A stretch of 18,338 bases of DNA, from NCBI RefSeq assembly GCF_006345805.1, contig NW_021824520.1, positions 1 to 18,338 on the forward strand, in the 5' to 3' direction. Under the pieces are notes generated by a model. The model was given only the letters and a program-made list of their open reading frames with translations. It was not told the DNA's origin and searched no databases. The DNA comes from Octopus sinensis (taxonomy: Eukaryota). The position numbers were made by a program, and so were the translations under genes. Positions 1-7,500 of this stretch are shown piece after piece (position 1 is the first letter of the stretch; the number at the start of each line of letters is the position of its first letter).

Positions 1-100
1 TATATAGAATAAATGGCTATATTATATTCATATTAATTATATATACATACAAATTTCATATTCAGACACACACACACACACACATTGCATTATATTATAT

Positions 101-260
101 TCTTTTCTACTGTAGGCACAAGGTCCGAAATTTTAGGTGCGGGGGGGGGCAGTCGATTAGATCGACCCAGTACACAACTGGTACTTAATTTATCGACCCC
201 GAAAGGCAAAGTCGACCCCGGCGTAATTTGAACTCAGAACGTAAAGGCAGACGAAATACC
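101..260 (-). mobile_element. Partial tRNA-derived SINE (family A, head missing)
   Basis: Shares ACTGGTACTTA..TCGACCCCGAAAGG..GGCAAAGTCGACC..ATTTGAACTCAGAACGTAA with 261-492 and 7755-7986; the B-box-like GAGTTCAAATT reads on the minus strand. Confidence 0.75.
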
Positions 261-492
261 TGTTTCTTTACTACCCACAAGGGGCTAAACACAGAGGGGA
301 CAAACAAGAACAGACAAACGGATTAAGTCGATTATATAGACTCCAGTGCGTAACTGGTACTTATTTGATCGACCTCGAAAGGATGAACGGCAAAGTCGAC
401 CTCGGCGGAATTTGAACTCAGAACGTAACGGCAGACGAATGACGGCGACACATTTCGCCCGGCGTGCTAACGTTTCTGCCTGCTCGCCGCCT
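261..492 (-). mobile_element. tRNA-derived SINE (family A)
   Basis: Minus strand starts AGGCGGCGAGCAGGCAGAAACGTTAGCACGCCGGGCGAAATG with A-box-like and B-box-like (GAGTTCAAATTCC) motifs; colinear with the TSD-flanked copy at 7755-7986. Confidence 0.85.
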
Positions 493-540
493 TGTATTAT
501 GTTATATGATACATATCTACTTAGATTCATAGAAGGCCTG

Positions 541-544
541 CATG

Positions 545-576
<32 letters not shown>

Positions 577-702
577 TGTATGTATGTATGTATGTACGTA
601 TGTATGTATGTATGTATGTAGTATGTATGTATGTATGTATGTATGTATACATGAGTGTATGTATTACATACACGCACAGGTGTGTGTGTGTGTGTGTGTG
701 TG
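541..702. repeat. (TATG)n and (TG)n microsatellites
   Basis: Directly visible simple repeats. Confidence 0.95.
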
Positions 703-984
703 CGTGTTTGTACATTAACGTATCATCATAAACTTAACGTCTTCTTTTCTCTTCATGCACGGTTCGGTCAGATTAATCAATTTGCACTCATTTCTTAAAC
801 CAGGTAACGATTACTCTCCTCTCTCCTTCACACAACAAATACAACAGTTTGTGGTGTCACGGATGACTGATTATAGACAAACACGTTTGCGTGAATGGCT
901 ACGCTTCTGTTGTAATGTCTCTCTCATGCCAAGACAAGTCAAGAGGCGCTGACATGTCGGGACAAGAAAATCGTGTCACCAGAC

Positions 985-1028
985 ACACACAGACACGCAC
1001 GCACACACACGCACGAACGCACGCGCAG

Positions 1029-1085
<57 letters not shown>
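985..1085. repeat. (CA)n microsatellite
   Basis: Directly visible simple repeat. Confidence 0.95.
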
Positions 1086-1087
1086 TA

Positions 1088-1288
1088 ATGTCAACTTACG
1101 TGGACTGTTGGCGATTTTACTTTTCTTATTTTTCCTTCTTTCTCTTTGGACTTTCCGCTTTCCGACGAAGAGCAGTGCTCGAAATGTTAACAACCCTCAC
1201 CCTTACCGAGCGTCAAATTAATAGATTTCTTATACAGGTCTTCACGTTCGTTTTTTTCTTTTTTGTTTTTTAATTGTTTGTTTATTTG

Positions 1289-1290
<2 letters not shown>
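1088..1290 (+). mobile_element. Diverged short repeat with Penelope-type hammerhead motif (copy C)
   Basis: T-rich flank, CTTT-CCGACGA-A-GAGC..GCTC-GAAA, then CCTTACCGAGCGTCAAATTAATA, which resembles TTCCTGAGTGTTATACTAATA of copy B. Confidence 0.55.
1158..1190 (+). ncRNA. Degenerate minimal hammerhead ribozyme-like motif
   Basis: CTTT / CCGACGA (CUGANGA with U4->C) / A / GAGC-agt-GCTC / GAAA / TGTTAA. The stem III CG is mutated to TG and the 3' strand of stem I is poor. Confidence 0.4.

Positions 1291-1291
<1 letters not shown>

Positions 1292-1349
<58 letters not shown>
1292..1349. repeat. (TA)n microsatellite
   Basis: Directly visible simple repeat. Confidence 0.95.
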
Positions 1350-1354
<5 letters not shown>

Positions 1355-1598
1355 AGCTGTTAATCCTTGTATATTTTTCTCTCCCCGTTTATTTATTTAC
1401 TTTGTTTTTTGGTTTTTTTCGTTCGCTCTCCATTTTTTTTTCTCTGAATCCTTTCTGTTGAAGAGCGTAGGTTCGAAACGTAAAAGACCTTTCCGATCTC
1501 TTTAAGAGATCGAAAAGGTCTTTTACGTGTTAAACTAATACACCTGTTCGTTGTTCCCTCACCTGTCTTAGTCTTTTGTTTTCTATAAATTTGAACTA
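1350..1598 (+). mobile_element. Short non-autonomous repeat with Penelope-type hammerhead motif (copy A)
   Basis: Colinear with 1881-2050: CTTTCTGTNGAAGAGCGTA.G.TCGAAACGTAAAA...TGTTA.ACTAATACA.CTGTT.G...CACCTGTCTT.GTCTTTTGTTTT. Boundaries approximate. Confidence 0.65.
1451..1486 (+). ncRNA. Minimal type I hammerhead ribozyme-like motif (A6U core variant)
   Basis: Stem I CTTT(1451-54)/AAAG(1483-86); core CTGTTGA; extra A; stem II GAGC-gtag-GTTC; GAAA; loopless palindromic stem III ACGT; predicted cleavage triplet GUA (1480-82). Confidence 0.6.
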
Positions 1599-1624
1599 CA
1601 CACACACATACACATACACACACA

Positions 1625-1822
1625 CACGAGGGGATGTTTAAAAGTTCCTGGCTTTGGGTAACAGAAAATACAGGTGGATCCATTGATTATGATTTTATTT
1701 AGCACATTCCCTCTCAGATTCACACACTTACTGCAGCCGTCCTTCAGTGTTTTTCTAACCCCTGTAAAAGAACTCGGAAGGTTGGACCCTTAAAACCAGG
1801 AACTTTCCAGCAGTCCCTCGTA
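1625..1822. mobile_element. Mariner-derived MITE (~198 bp)
   Basis: Imperfect TIRs: CACGAGGGATGTTTAAAAGTTCCTGGCTTT vs reverse complement of the right end TACGAGGGACTGCTGGAAAGTTCCTGGTTTT; ends in TA; no ORF. Confidence 0.8.
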
Positions 1823-1880
1823 AATATATACATGTATGTATGTATGTATGTATGTATGTATGTGTGTGTATATATATATA

Positions 1881-2050
1881 TTTCTCTCCTTTTTTTCTCT
1901 CCTTGTTTTTTTTTTGTGTCCCTTTCTGTAGAAGAGCGTATGCTCGAAACGTAAAATACTTTTTCTATTCCTGAGTGTTATACTAATACATCTGTTTGTT
2001 TTGTACACCACCTGTCTTCGTCTTTTGTTTTTTTCGTAAACTCTCCTATA
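1881..2050 (+). mobile_element. Short non-autonomous repeat with Penelope-type hammerhead motif (copy B)
   Basis: Direct-repeat partner of 1350-1598. Boundaries approximate. Confidence 0.65.
1923..1956 (+). ncRNA. Minimal type I hammerhead ribozyme-like motif (A6U core variant)
   Basis: TTT / CTGTAGA / A / GAGC-gtat-GCTC / GAAA / CG / TA / AAA; perfect 4-bp stem II and 3-bp stem I. Confidence 0.6.
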
Positions 2051-2099
2051 TATAAATATATATATACATATACATATACATACATATATATTATATATA

Positions 2100-2167
<68 letters not shown>

Positions 2168-2170
2168 ATA
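2048..2170. repeat. (TA)n/(TACA)n microsatellite, continuing at 3445-3501 after the mariner insertion
   Basis: Directly visible; TA runs flank the mariner on both sides. Confidence 0.95.
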
Positions 2171-3444
2171 CGAGGGGCGTTCAATAAGTAATGCCTCTGA
2201 CCCACTGCCGTTGTTTGATCTAGTTGAAATTTTGCATGTTCAATTATTTATATCTCTATAGATTAAGTGGCAAATTACAGCTCCGAACTAATTGTGGTTT
2301 CTGATTTATATGTGTTTGAAATGAGTCAAGTGGTAAATGGAGCTTGTTGAGTGTCGAGCAGTGATCCGGTTTTTGTATTTGAAATGACGCACACCACAGG
2401 AGACTTTTGATGAAATGAAAGTAACTTATGGTGATGATGCCCCATCATATGGCCTTGTAAAACGCTGGCATCGTGAATTCAAACATGGTCGGAATTCTGT
2501 GGAAACAGCTCCCAGATCTGGTCGCACCCCTTCTACCATTGATGAGGCATCTGTCCGTCAAGTTGAGGCTGCCATTTTGGAATATCGACGCATAACTATT
2601 CGCCAAATAGCCCATGAGGTCAAGATTAGTACCGGGTCTGTGGAAACTATCATTCATGACCATTTGCATATGCAAAAGGTGTCTGTCAGATGGATTCCCA
2701 GGTTGCTCACACTTTTCCAGAAGCAAGAACGCGTCGAGTGCTCGAGGATGAATTTAGGGATGTGCCAAGAAGATGAGTCAAAATTTTTCAAAAGACTAAT
2801 TACACAGGATGAGACCTGGGTCCATCACTATGATCCAGAGATCAAAGCCCAGTCAATGCAGTGGAAGCACCATGACTCACCTCCTCCAAAAAAGGCAAGG
2901 GTGCAGCCCTCCGCTTGCAAGGTCATGCTCACAGTCTTCTGGGACCAGGAAGGAGTAGTGATGACAGATTTCCTGGCAAAGGGTACCACATTTACAGGAG
3001 CTTATCATGCTTCACTTTTGAGGAAATTAAGAGAAGCTATCAAAACCAAGAGGCGGGGTAAGATCAGCAAAGGTATCCTTCTCCTGCAGGACAACGCTCG
3101 GGTCCACAACTCGCGTGTTGCCAGATCAGAAGCACAGGCTTCCCCCATCCCCCTACACTCCTGACTTTGCACCCTCTGATTTTCACCTCTTCCCAACCAT
3201 GAAGTTGTTTTTGAAAGGAAAGCGTTTCCCAGATGATGCAGCCTTGATTTCTGAAGTCACGTCGTGGTTGGAGGACCAAGCTGGGGTCTTCTACGAAAAC
3301 GGTCTCCAGAGCTGCATCAAACGATGGGAGAAATGCGTAACTCTGGGTTTTTCCTATGCTGAAAAAGACTAATACCTGTGCCAAGTTTCGTTGCTCTACT
3401 GCTATGGGAAGGGGTCAGGGGCATTACTTATTGAACGCCCCTCG
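2171..3444 (+). mobile_element. Full-length mariner DNA transposon (1274 bp), probably irritans-like
   Basis: TIRs CGAGGGGCGTTCAATAAGTAATGCCTCTGACCC and GGGTCAGGGGCATTACTTATTGAACGCCCCTCG (one mismatch); TA TSD at 2169-70 and 3445-46; internal transposase. The subfamily is inferred from the TIR start and N-terminal style only. Confidence 0.95.
2337..3372 (+). pseudogene. Mariner transposase pseudogene
   Basis: ATG at 2337 gives MELVECRAVIRFLYLK*RTPQETFDE, in frame with ORF 2415-3164. Motifs: WIPRLL (WVPHEL-like), DETW, QDNAR, YTPDFAPSD (YSPDLAPSD-like). Disabled by TGA at 2385-87 and a frameshifting deletion near 3140-3153. Confidence 0.93.
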
Positions 3445-3458
3445 TATATATATATATA

Positions 3459-3503
<45 letters not shown>

Positions 3504-3856
3504 CATGAATATATAATTCTGTGTCTATAAGTGTACATATATTTGTATATATACGTCTGTACAGACGCATGCAAAATGAACATACGCATACACACTCATT
3601 GTTTTTAAAACTTTTAATTAAAAGTATTAATTAAGGCTTTTACTTAAAAGTATTATTTTAGAACATCGCTTAAATACCAACGCAGTTTCATGACTTCGAT
3701 TGTATGGAGTTGATGCTGTTTTTGTAATGTTAACGAAAACCAGAAATGAAATTCAAAGACGCAAGCTTAAAGCAACCGTTTTCGCACGTATCTTTCACAA
3801 AGGTTTTAAACAAAAGAACATACGAAAAAGCATTTTCTTCAAACATTTATTTTATA

Positions 3857-4407
3857 CTAGCAGTATCGCCCGGCGTTGCTCGGGTTTGTAAGGGAAATAA
3901 CTATATAAGCATTTTTAGAGAGTTATAGCCAAAAAATAGCAAAAAAAGTGCATTAAAAATGGAAAAAAAATTATGGTAAATTTTTTTTTAAATCGTTGAC
4001 TCATCGTAGACATTTTCTTCAAGCCATGAAGTCGTTGTTCTAAAAGAACGCTGGTCTCCTTGACAACGCTTTACGACGTTGATTTCCTTACACTCCCTTT
4101 CCCACAGCTTCACGAGGGAGGGAAGAAGGGGAGAAGCAACACAGGTGCAGGCGTGAGCGTGGACGCCAACTCCGCCGCCATCGACACCACGAAAAAATAT
4201 GCATTAAAATGGAATAAAAAATGATGTTAAATTATTTTAAAATCGTAGACTCATCGTAGACGCGCGCTAATACCCAGACGGGCTCGATATGAATCACGAC
4301 TATAAGATACCCGAATTTGGTTAAACTGCACCGCAAAATGTGGGAGTAGTTATGAATCTAAATCGAAGGGAACAGACACTCACACAACTACAGTTTATAT
4401 ATATAGA
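3857..4407 (-). mobile_element. Non-autonomous Helitron (551 bp)
   Basis: Minus strand: 5' TC (4407-06) after A, 3' CTAG (3860-57) before T, and the GC hairpin CCCGAGCAACGCCGGG (3869-84) 8 nt upstream of CTAG. These are canonical Helitron termini in an A|T target. Confidence 0.85.
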
Positions 4408-4659
4408 TTTCAAAAAAATATTCAGACTGAATATTCAAAAGAAAACCGTGTTCGATTTACCAGCCGATGATCGGAAACGAGCAACAAGGAGACCTGGAAA
4501 TCAGAGACGTACAGTTATAATGTAGTAACGAACACTCAACATTTCTATTCAGTCCTGTAATTTATTGCTTCAGGTGAATCTTTTATCTTTTACTTGTTTC
4601 AGTCAGTGAATGGATTTGGGAGACGGAAATTAAAAGCAAATAGAGACTCGGACATTGCT

Positions 4660-4764
4660 TAGAAAATAATATTCATTTTTAACCTCGTATATAGTACGCA
4701 CTAGGGATTTTGACCTTTAAATTTTTTGGGGGGAAATGCGGATTATACTCGAGGATTTACGGTA
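4660..4764. mobile_element. Solo end of a Tc2/pogo-like DNA transposon
   Basis: Ends ATGCGGATTATACTCGAGGATTTACGG-TA (reverse complement TACCGTAAATCCTCGAGTATAATCCGCAT), resembling Tc2-type TIRs recalled from memory. No partner TIR found; the left boundary is a guess. Confidence 0.5.
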
Positions 4765-4847
4765 TTCCTGATGAAGGGACATTGTCAGTGTGAAACTAAA
4801 GGATTCATACCTTGTTGGCTAATGGACTCCAGAAACGGCCGTCGAAT
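4764..4847 (+). ncRNA. Type I hammerhead ribozyme-like motif with canonical core
   Basis: Stem I ATTC(4764-67)/GAAT(4844-47); CTGATGA (4768-74); extended stem II (GGG/TCC plus CATTGTCA/TGGC(T)AATG); GAAA (4832-35); palindromic stem III ACGGCCGT; predicted cleavage triplet GUC (4841-43). Confidence 0.7.
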
Positions 4848-5090
4848 TGCCTCATATATGACGTTACAACCCTCTATAAACATTTCTTCGGAACTCCGCT
4901 AAACTTCTAAAGCCATCATTTGGATTTCTCTCTAACTTACAACTTTTAATCCTTAATTTAACGTTTTTTAATCTTAACATGATTTTTAATCGATATATCG
5001 CTCTGTATTTATTAATCCTTTTCACGTATATTTTTACCTCATATAATTTTTATATCTATTCTAAATAATATATAGATATTACAGTTCTAT

Positions 5091-5282
5091 ATTAAAGAGA
5101 TGAGGAATTATGTACATTATTTACATTATTCACATTTGACGGATATTTGTCCTCATCTTATTTGTTGTTAACACATTTCGGCTGATATACCCACCAGCCT
5201 TTTATCAGGTGTCTTGGGGAAATTTCGAACCTGGGTTCTCATTCCTAAGGTATTTTTGATGCTGTTGTTGTTATTGTTGTTG

Positions 5283-5349
<67 letters not shown>

Positions 5350-5406
5350 CAGGTCACTGCCTGGAATTGAACTCGGAATTCTGAGGTTACCACTACGCCA
5401 TATGCC
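5091..5406 (-). mobile_element. tRNA-headed SINE with internal (AAT)n/(AAC)n and hammerhead-like tail (family D)
   Basis: Minus-strand A box TGGCGTAGTGGT (5389-5400) and B box GAGTTCAATTCC (5363-74); trinucleotide repeat 5262-5349; tail contains CTGATAA..GGCTG..CAGCC-GAAA. Confidence 0.7.
5171..5213 (-). ncRNA. Degenerate hammerhead-like motif
   Basis: Minus strand GACAC / CTGATAA (G8->A) / AA / GGCTG-gtgggtatat-CAGCC / GAAA / TGTGT: perfect 5-bp stem II, potential ACAC/GTGT stem I, damaged stem III. Confidence 0.4.
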
Positions 5407-5653
5407 ATAAGATGCTCGGATTGCCACCAAAACTACATAGGGTCCACGGGATTATCGCTCAGAACAGATTGCATTCCCAGAATACAGAATGATACCCTTT
5501 AGTGAACATATTGAGAAATGCGCAAAGCAACTACTACCACAATTTTTAATCTTTCCATTCTATTAATGTGCAATTGGAACACCAACACAAATTAGATTAA
5601 ACAAAGAAACATTCTTCATTGAAAAATATAAACCAAAACTAAACCATTTCTAA
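5401..5653 (+). pseudogene. Penelope-like element GIY-YIG endonuclease C-terminal remnant
   Basis: Manual translation: YAIRCSDCHQNYIGSTGLSLR (frameshift) QIAFPEYRMIPFSEHIEKCAKQLLPQFLIFPFY*CAIGTPTQIRLNKETFFIEKYKPKLNHF*. It matches the Y..C..C...YIG.T and R...E..FI....P.LN pattern of PLE endonucleases. Confidence 0.8.
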
Positions 5654-5973
5654 CATTTTTATACAAGGAAACTCATCTCATTGAAAAAAATATAAAGCGA
5701 TTATCTCCCTTATACCGGAAGAAATCCCTGATTACCTTCCCCTGCCTGGAACTCTTCACTTCATAGCGAAGACATGACACGATGTAGGTAAAGAAATTTG
5801 AGAAATTTGAAAAGAAATTACGAAACCGGTTATTTCTCCAAAAACTATGTTACTATACACAAAATTTTATAACATTTTTCTAACATAACGACTTAAATAT
5901 ATTCTTTAACCTTATAACACAAGCCTTCTGTAGTTTTTTCCACTCTTTTTTTTATTTTTTATATAAATATATA

Positions 5974-6137
5974 TTACTTGTTTAAGTCATTTGACTGCTG
6001 CCATGCTGGAGCACCGCCTTTAGTCGAAACAATCGACCCCAGGACTTATTCTTTGTAAGCCTAGTACTTATTCTATCGGACCCTTTTTGCCGAACCACTA
6101 AGTTACGGGGGACGTAAACACACCAGCATCGGTTGTC
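5974..6137 (-). mobile_element. 3' part of tRNA-derived SINE (family B)
   Basis: Reverse complement of the 7270-7440 tail (CATGCTGGAGCACCGCCTTTAGTCG..AAGCCTAGTACTTATTCTATCGG..CACCAGCATCGGTTGTC). Confidence 0.85.
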
Positions 6138-6438
6138 CCACCTAAAGTATATTGTTTATTGAAGATTTAAGATACTTAAAACCTTTAGATCTACAAAAAA
6201 TAATAACTACAACACGTACGAAATTTATGTATTACGTAAATAAAGCTATAAAAATTGTAAGAATACACATATTATCGTTGAATTCTTTATTAGTAAAACG
6301 GTAGTTATTTATTCAAATTATATATAATTAAGTAATGTTTAAAGTATATTCTAAGCTAATTATATGCATTTAACGCTACTAATCATCACTAAAATTGGTA
6401 ACTTTTCATGGGTTTAATTAAAACAATACATTATCTAA

Positions 6439-6547
6439 ACTTGTGGATAAACGCTGTTGGCGTTCCTTCCATGTTACCATAGCTTGGATATGGGATACAG
6501 AGTTTGCGTGCACATTTTAACCTTTGTTTTTTTCTTTTGCATGATGC
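6439..6547 (-). pseudogene. Duplicated hAT transposase fragment (continues from 7449-7500 across a SINE insertion)
   Basis: Minus translation HAKEKNKG*NVHANSVSHIQAMVTWKERQQRLSTS; DNA closely matches 7731-7754 + 8003-8069. Confidence 0.75.
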
Positions 6548-6702
6548 AGGAGTGGCTGTGTGGTAAGTAGCTTGCTAACCAACCACATGGTTCCGGGTTC
6601 AGTCCCACTGCGTGGCATCTTGGGCAAGTGTCTTCTGCTATAGCCCCGGGCCGACCAATGCCTTGTGAGTGGATTTGGTAGACGGAAACTGAAAGAAGCC
6701 TG

Positions 6703-6743
<41 letters not shown>

Positions 6744-6746
<3 letters not shown>

Positions 6747-7168
6747 TCATCATCATTTAACGTCCGCTTTCCATGCTAGCATGGGTTGGACGGTTCAACT
6801 GGGGTATGAGGAGCCCGAAGGCTGCACCAGGCCAGTCAGATCTGGCAGTGTTTCTACAGCTGGATGCCCTTCCTAACGCCAACCACTCCGAGAGTGTAGT
6901 GGGTGATTTTATGTGCCACCGACACATGTGCCAGACGAGGCTGGCGAACGGCCACGCTCGGATGGTGTTTTTATGTGCCACCGACACAGGTGCTAGATGA
7001 GGCTGGCGAACGGCCACGATCGGATGGTGTTTGTTACGTGCCCACAGCACGGAGGCCAGTCGATGCGGTACTGGCTACGGCCACGTTCGGATGGTTTTCT
7101 TGTATGCCACCGGCACTGGTACCACAAAGATACAAATTCCATTGATATTCATCTATTTTGATTTGATT

Positions 7169-7170
<2 letters not shown>
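6744..7170 (-). mobile_element. Nested short retroposon with (GAT)n tail (family E)
   Basis: Inserted in the (TA)n tract; (CAT)n at the left end; contains TGGATGCCCTTCCTAACGCCAACC, a motif I recall from RTE-associated SINE tails. The strand is inferred from the tail. Confidence 0.6.
6907..7116. repeat. 62-bp tandem repeat (two close units, one diverged, one partial)
   Basis: TTTTATGTGCCACCGACACA.GTGC.AGA.GAGGCTGGCGAACGGCCACG.TCGGATGGTGT at 6907-6968 and 6969-7030; degenerate unit at 7031-7096. Confidence 0.9.
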
Positions 7171-7217
<47 letters not shown>

Positions 7218-7448
7218 GTGTGTGTTTGTGTGTGTGTGTTTCTATGTCTGTGTTTGTCCCCCTAGCATTGCTTGACAACCGATGCTGGTGTGTTTACGTC
7301 CCCGTCACTTAGCGGTTCGGCAAAAGAGACCGATAGAATAAGTACTGGGCTTACAAAGAATAAGTCCCGGGGTCGATTTGCTCGACTAAAGGCGGTGCTC
7401 CAGCATGGCCGCAGTCAAATGACTGAAACAAGTAAAAGAATAAAAGAA

Positions 7449-7500
7449 ATGCCAATTAGAATATCCATTTTTAATAAAACAAGTATCAGCTTGAGCAGAT
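7449..7500 (-). pseudogene. Duplicated hAT transposase fragment (SAQADTCFIKNGYSNWH)
   Basis: ATGCCAATTAGAATATCCATTTTTAATAAAACAAGTATCAGCTTGAGCAGA is nearly identical to 8068-8118. Confidence 0.8.

Larger units (their letters stand above)
6548..7448 (+). mobile_element. Full-length tRNA-derived SINE (family B) with central microsatellite and a nested insertion
   Basis: Head AGGAGTGGCTGTGTGGTAAGTAGC..GGGTTCAGTCCCACTGCGTGGCATCTTGGGCAAGT, central (TA)/(TG)n, tail ending GACTGAAACAAGTAAAAGAATAAAAGAA; interrupts the hAT fragment with a possible 4-bp ATGC duplication. Confidence 0.85.

Noticed and set aside
772-803. Possible 32-nt micro-exon (AG at 770-771, GTAAC at 804)
   Set aside because: Splice-like dinucleotides alone; no recognisable peptide and no neighbouring exons.
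285-1221. ORFs rich in HT/YI/CV/MY dipeptides (also 14355-14678, 16914-17105, 17667-17950, 5245-5430)
   Set aside because: They are translations of microsatellites and SINE sequence, with no coding signal.
2415-3164. Functional transposase or SETMAR-like domesticated gene
   Set aside because: Upstream in-frame stop, frameshift before the third catalytic Asp, intact TIRs/TSD and no SET domain indicate a dead transposon copy.
3554-4436. Short palindromes (CGTCTGTACAGACG ~3555, ACTTTTAATTAAAAGT ~3610, AATATTCAG-A-CTGAATATT ~4418)
   Set aside because: Short and mostly AT-rich; plausible by chance or local slippage, with no associated feature.
6907-7116. CRISPR-like array
   Set aside because: Head-to-tail 62-bp units with no unique spacers, no cas genes and a eukaryotic SINE context.
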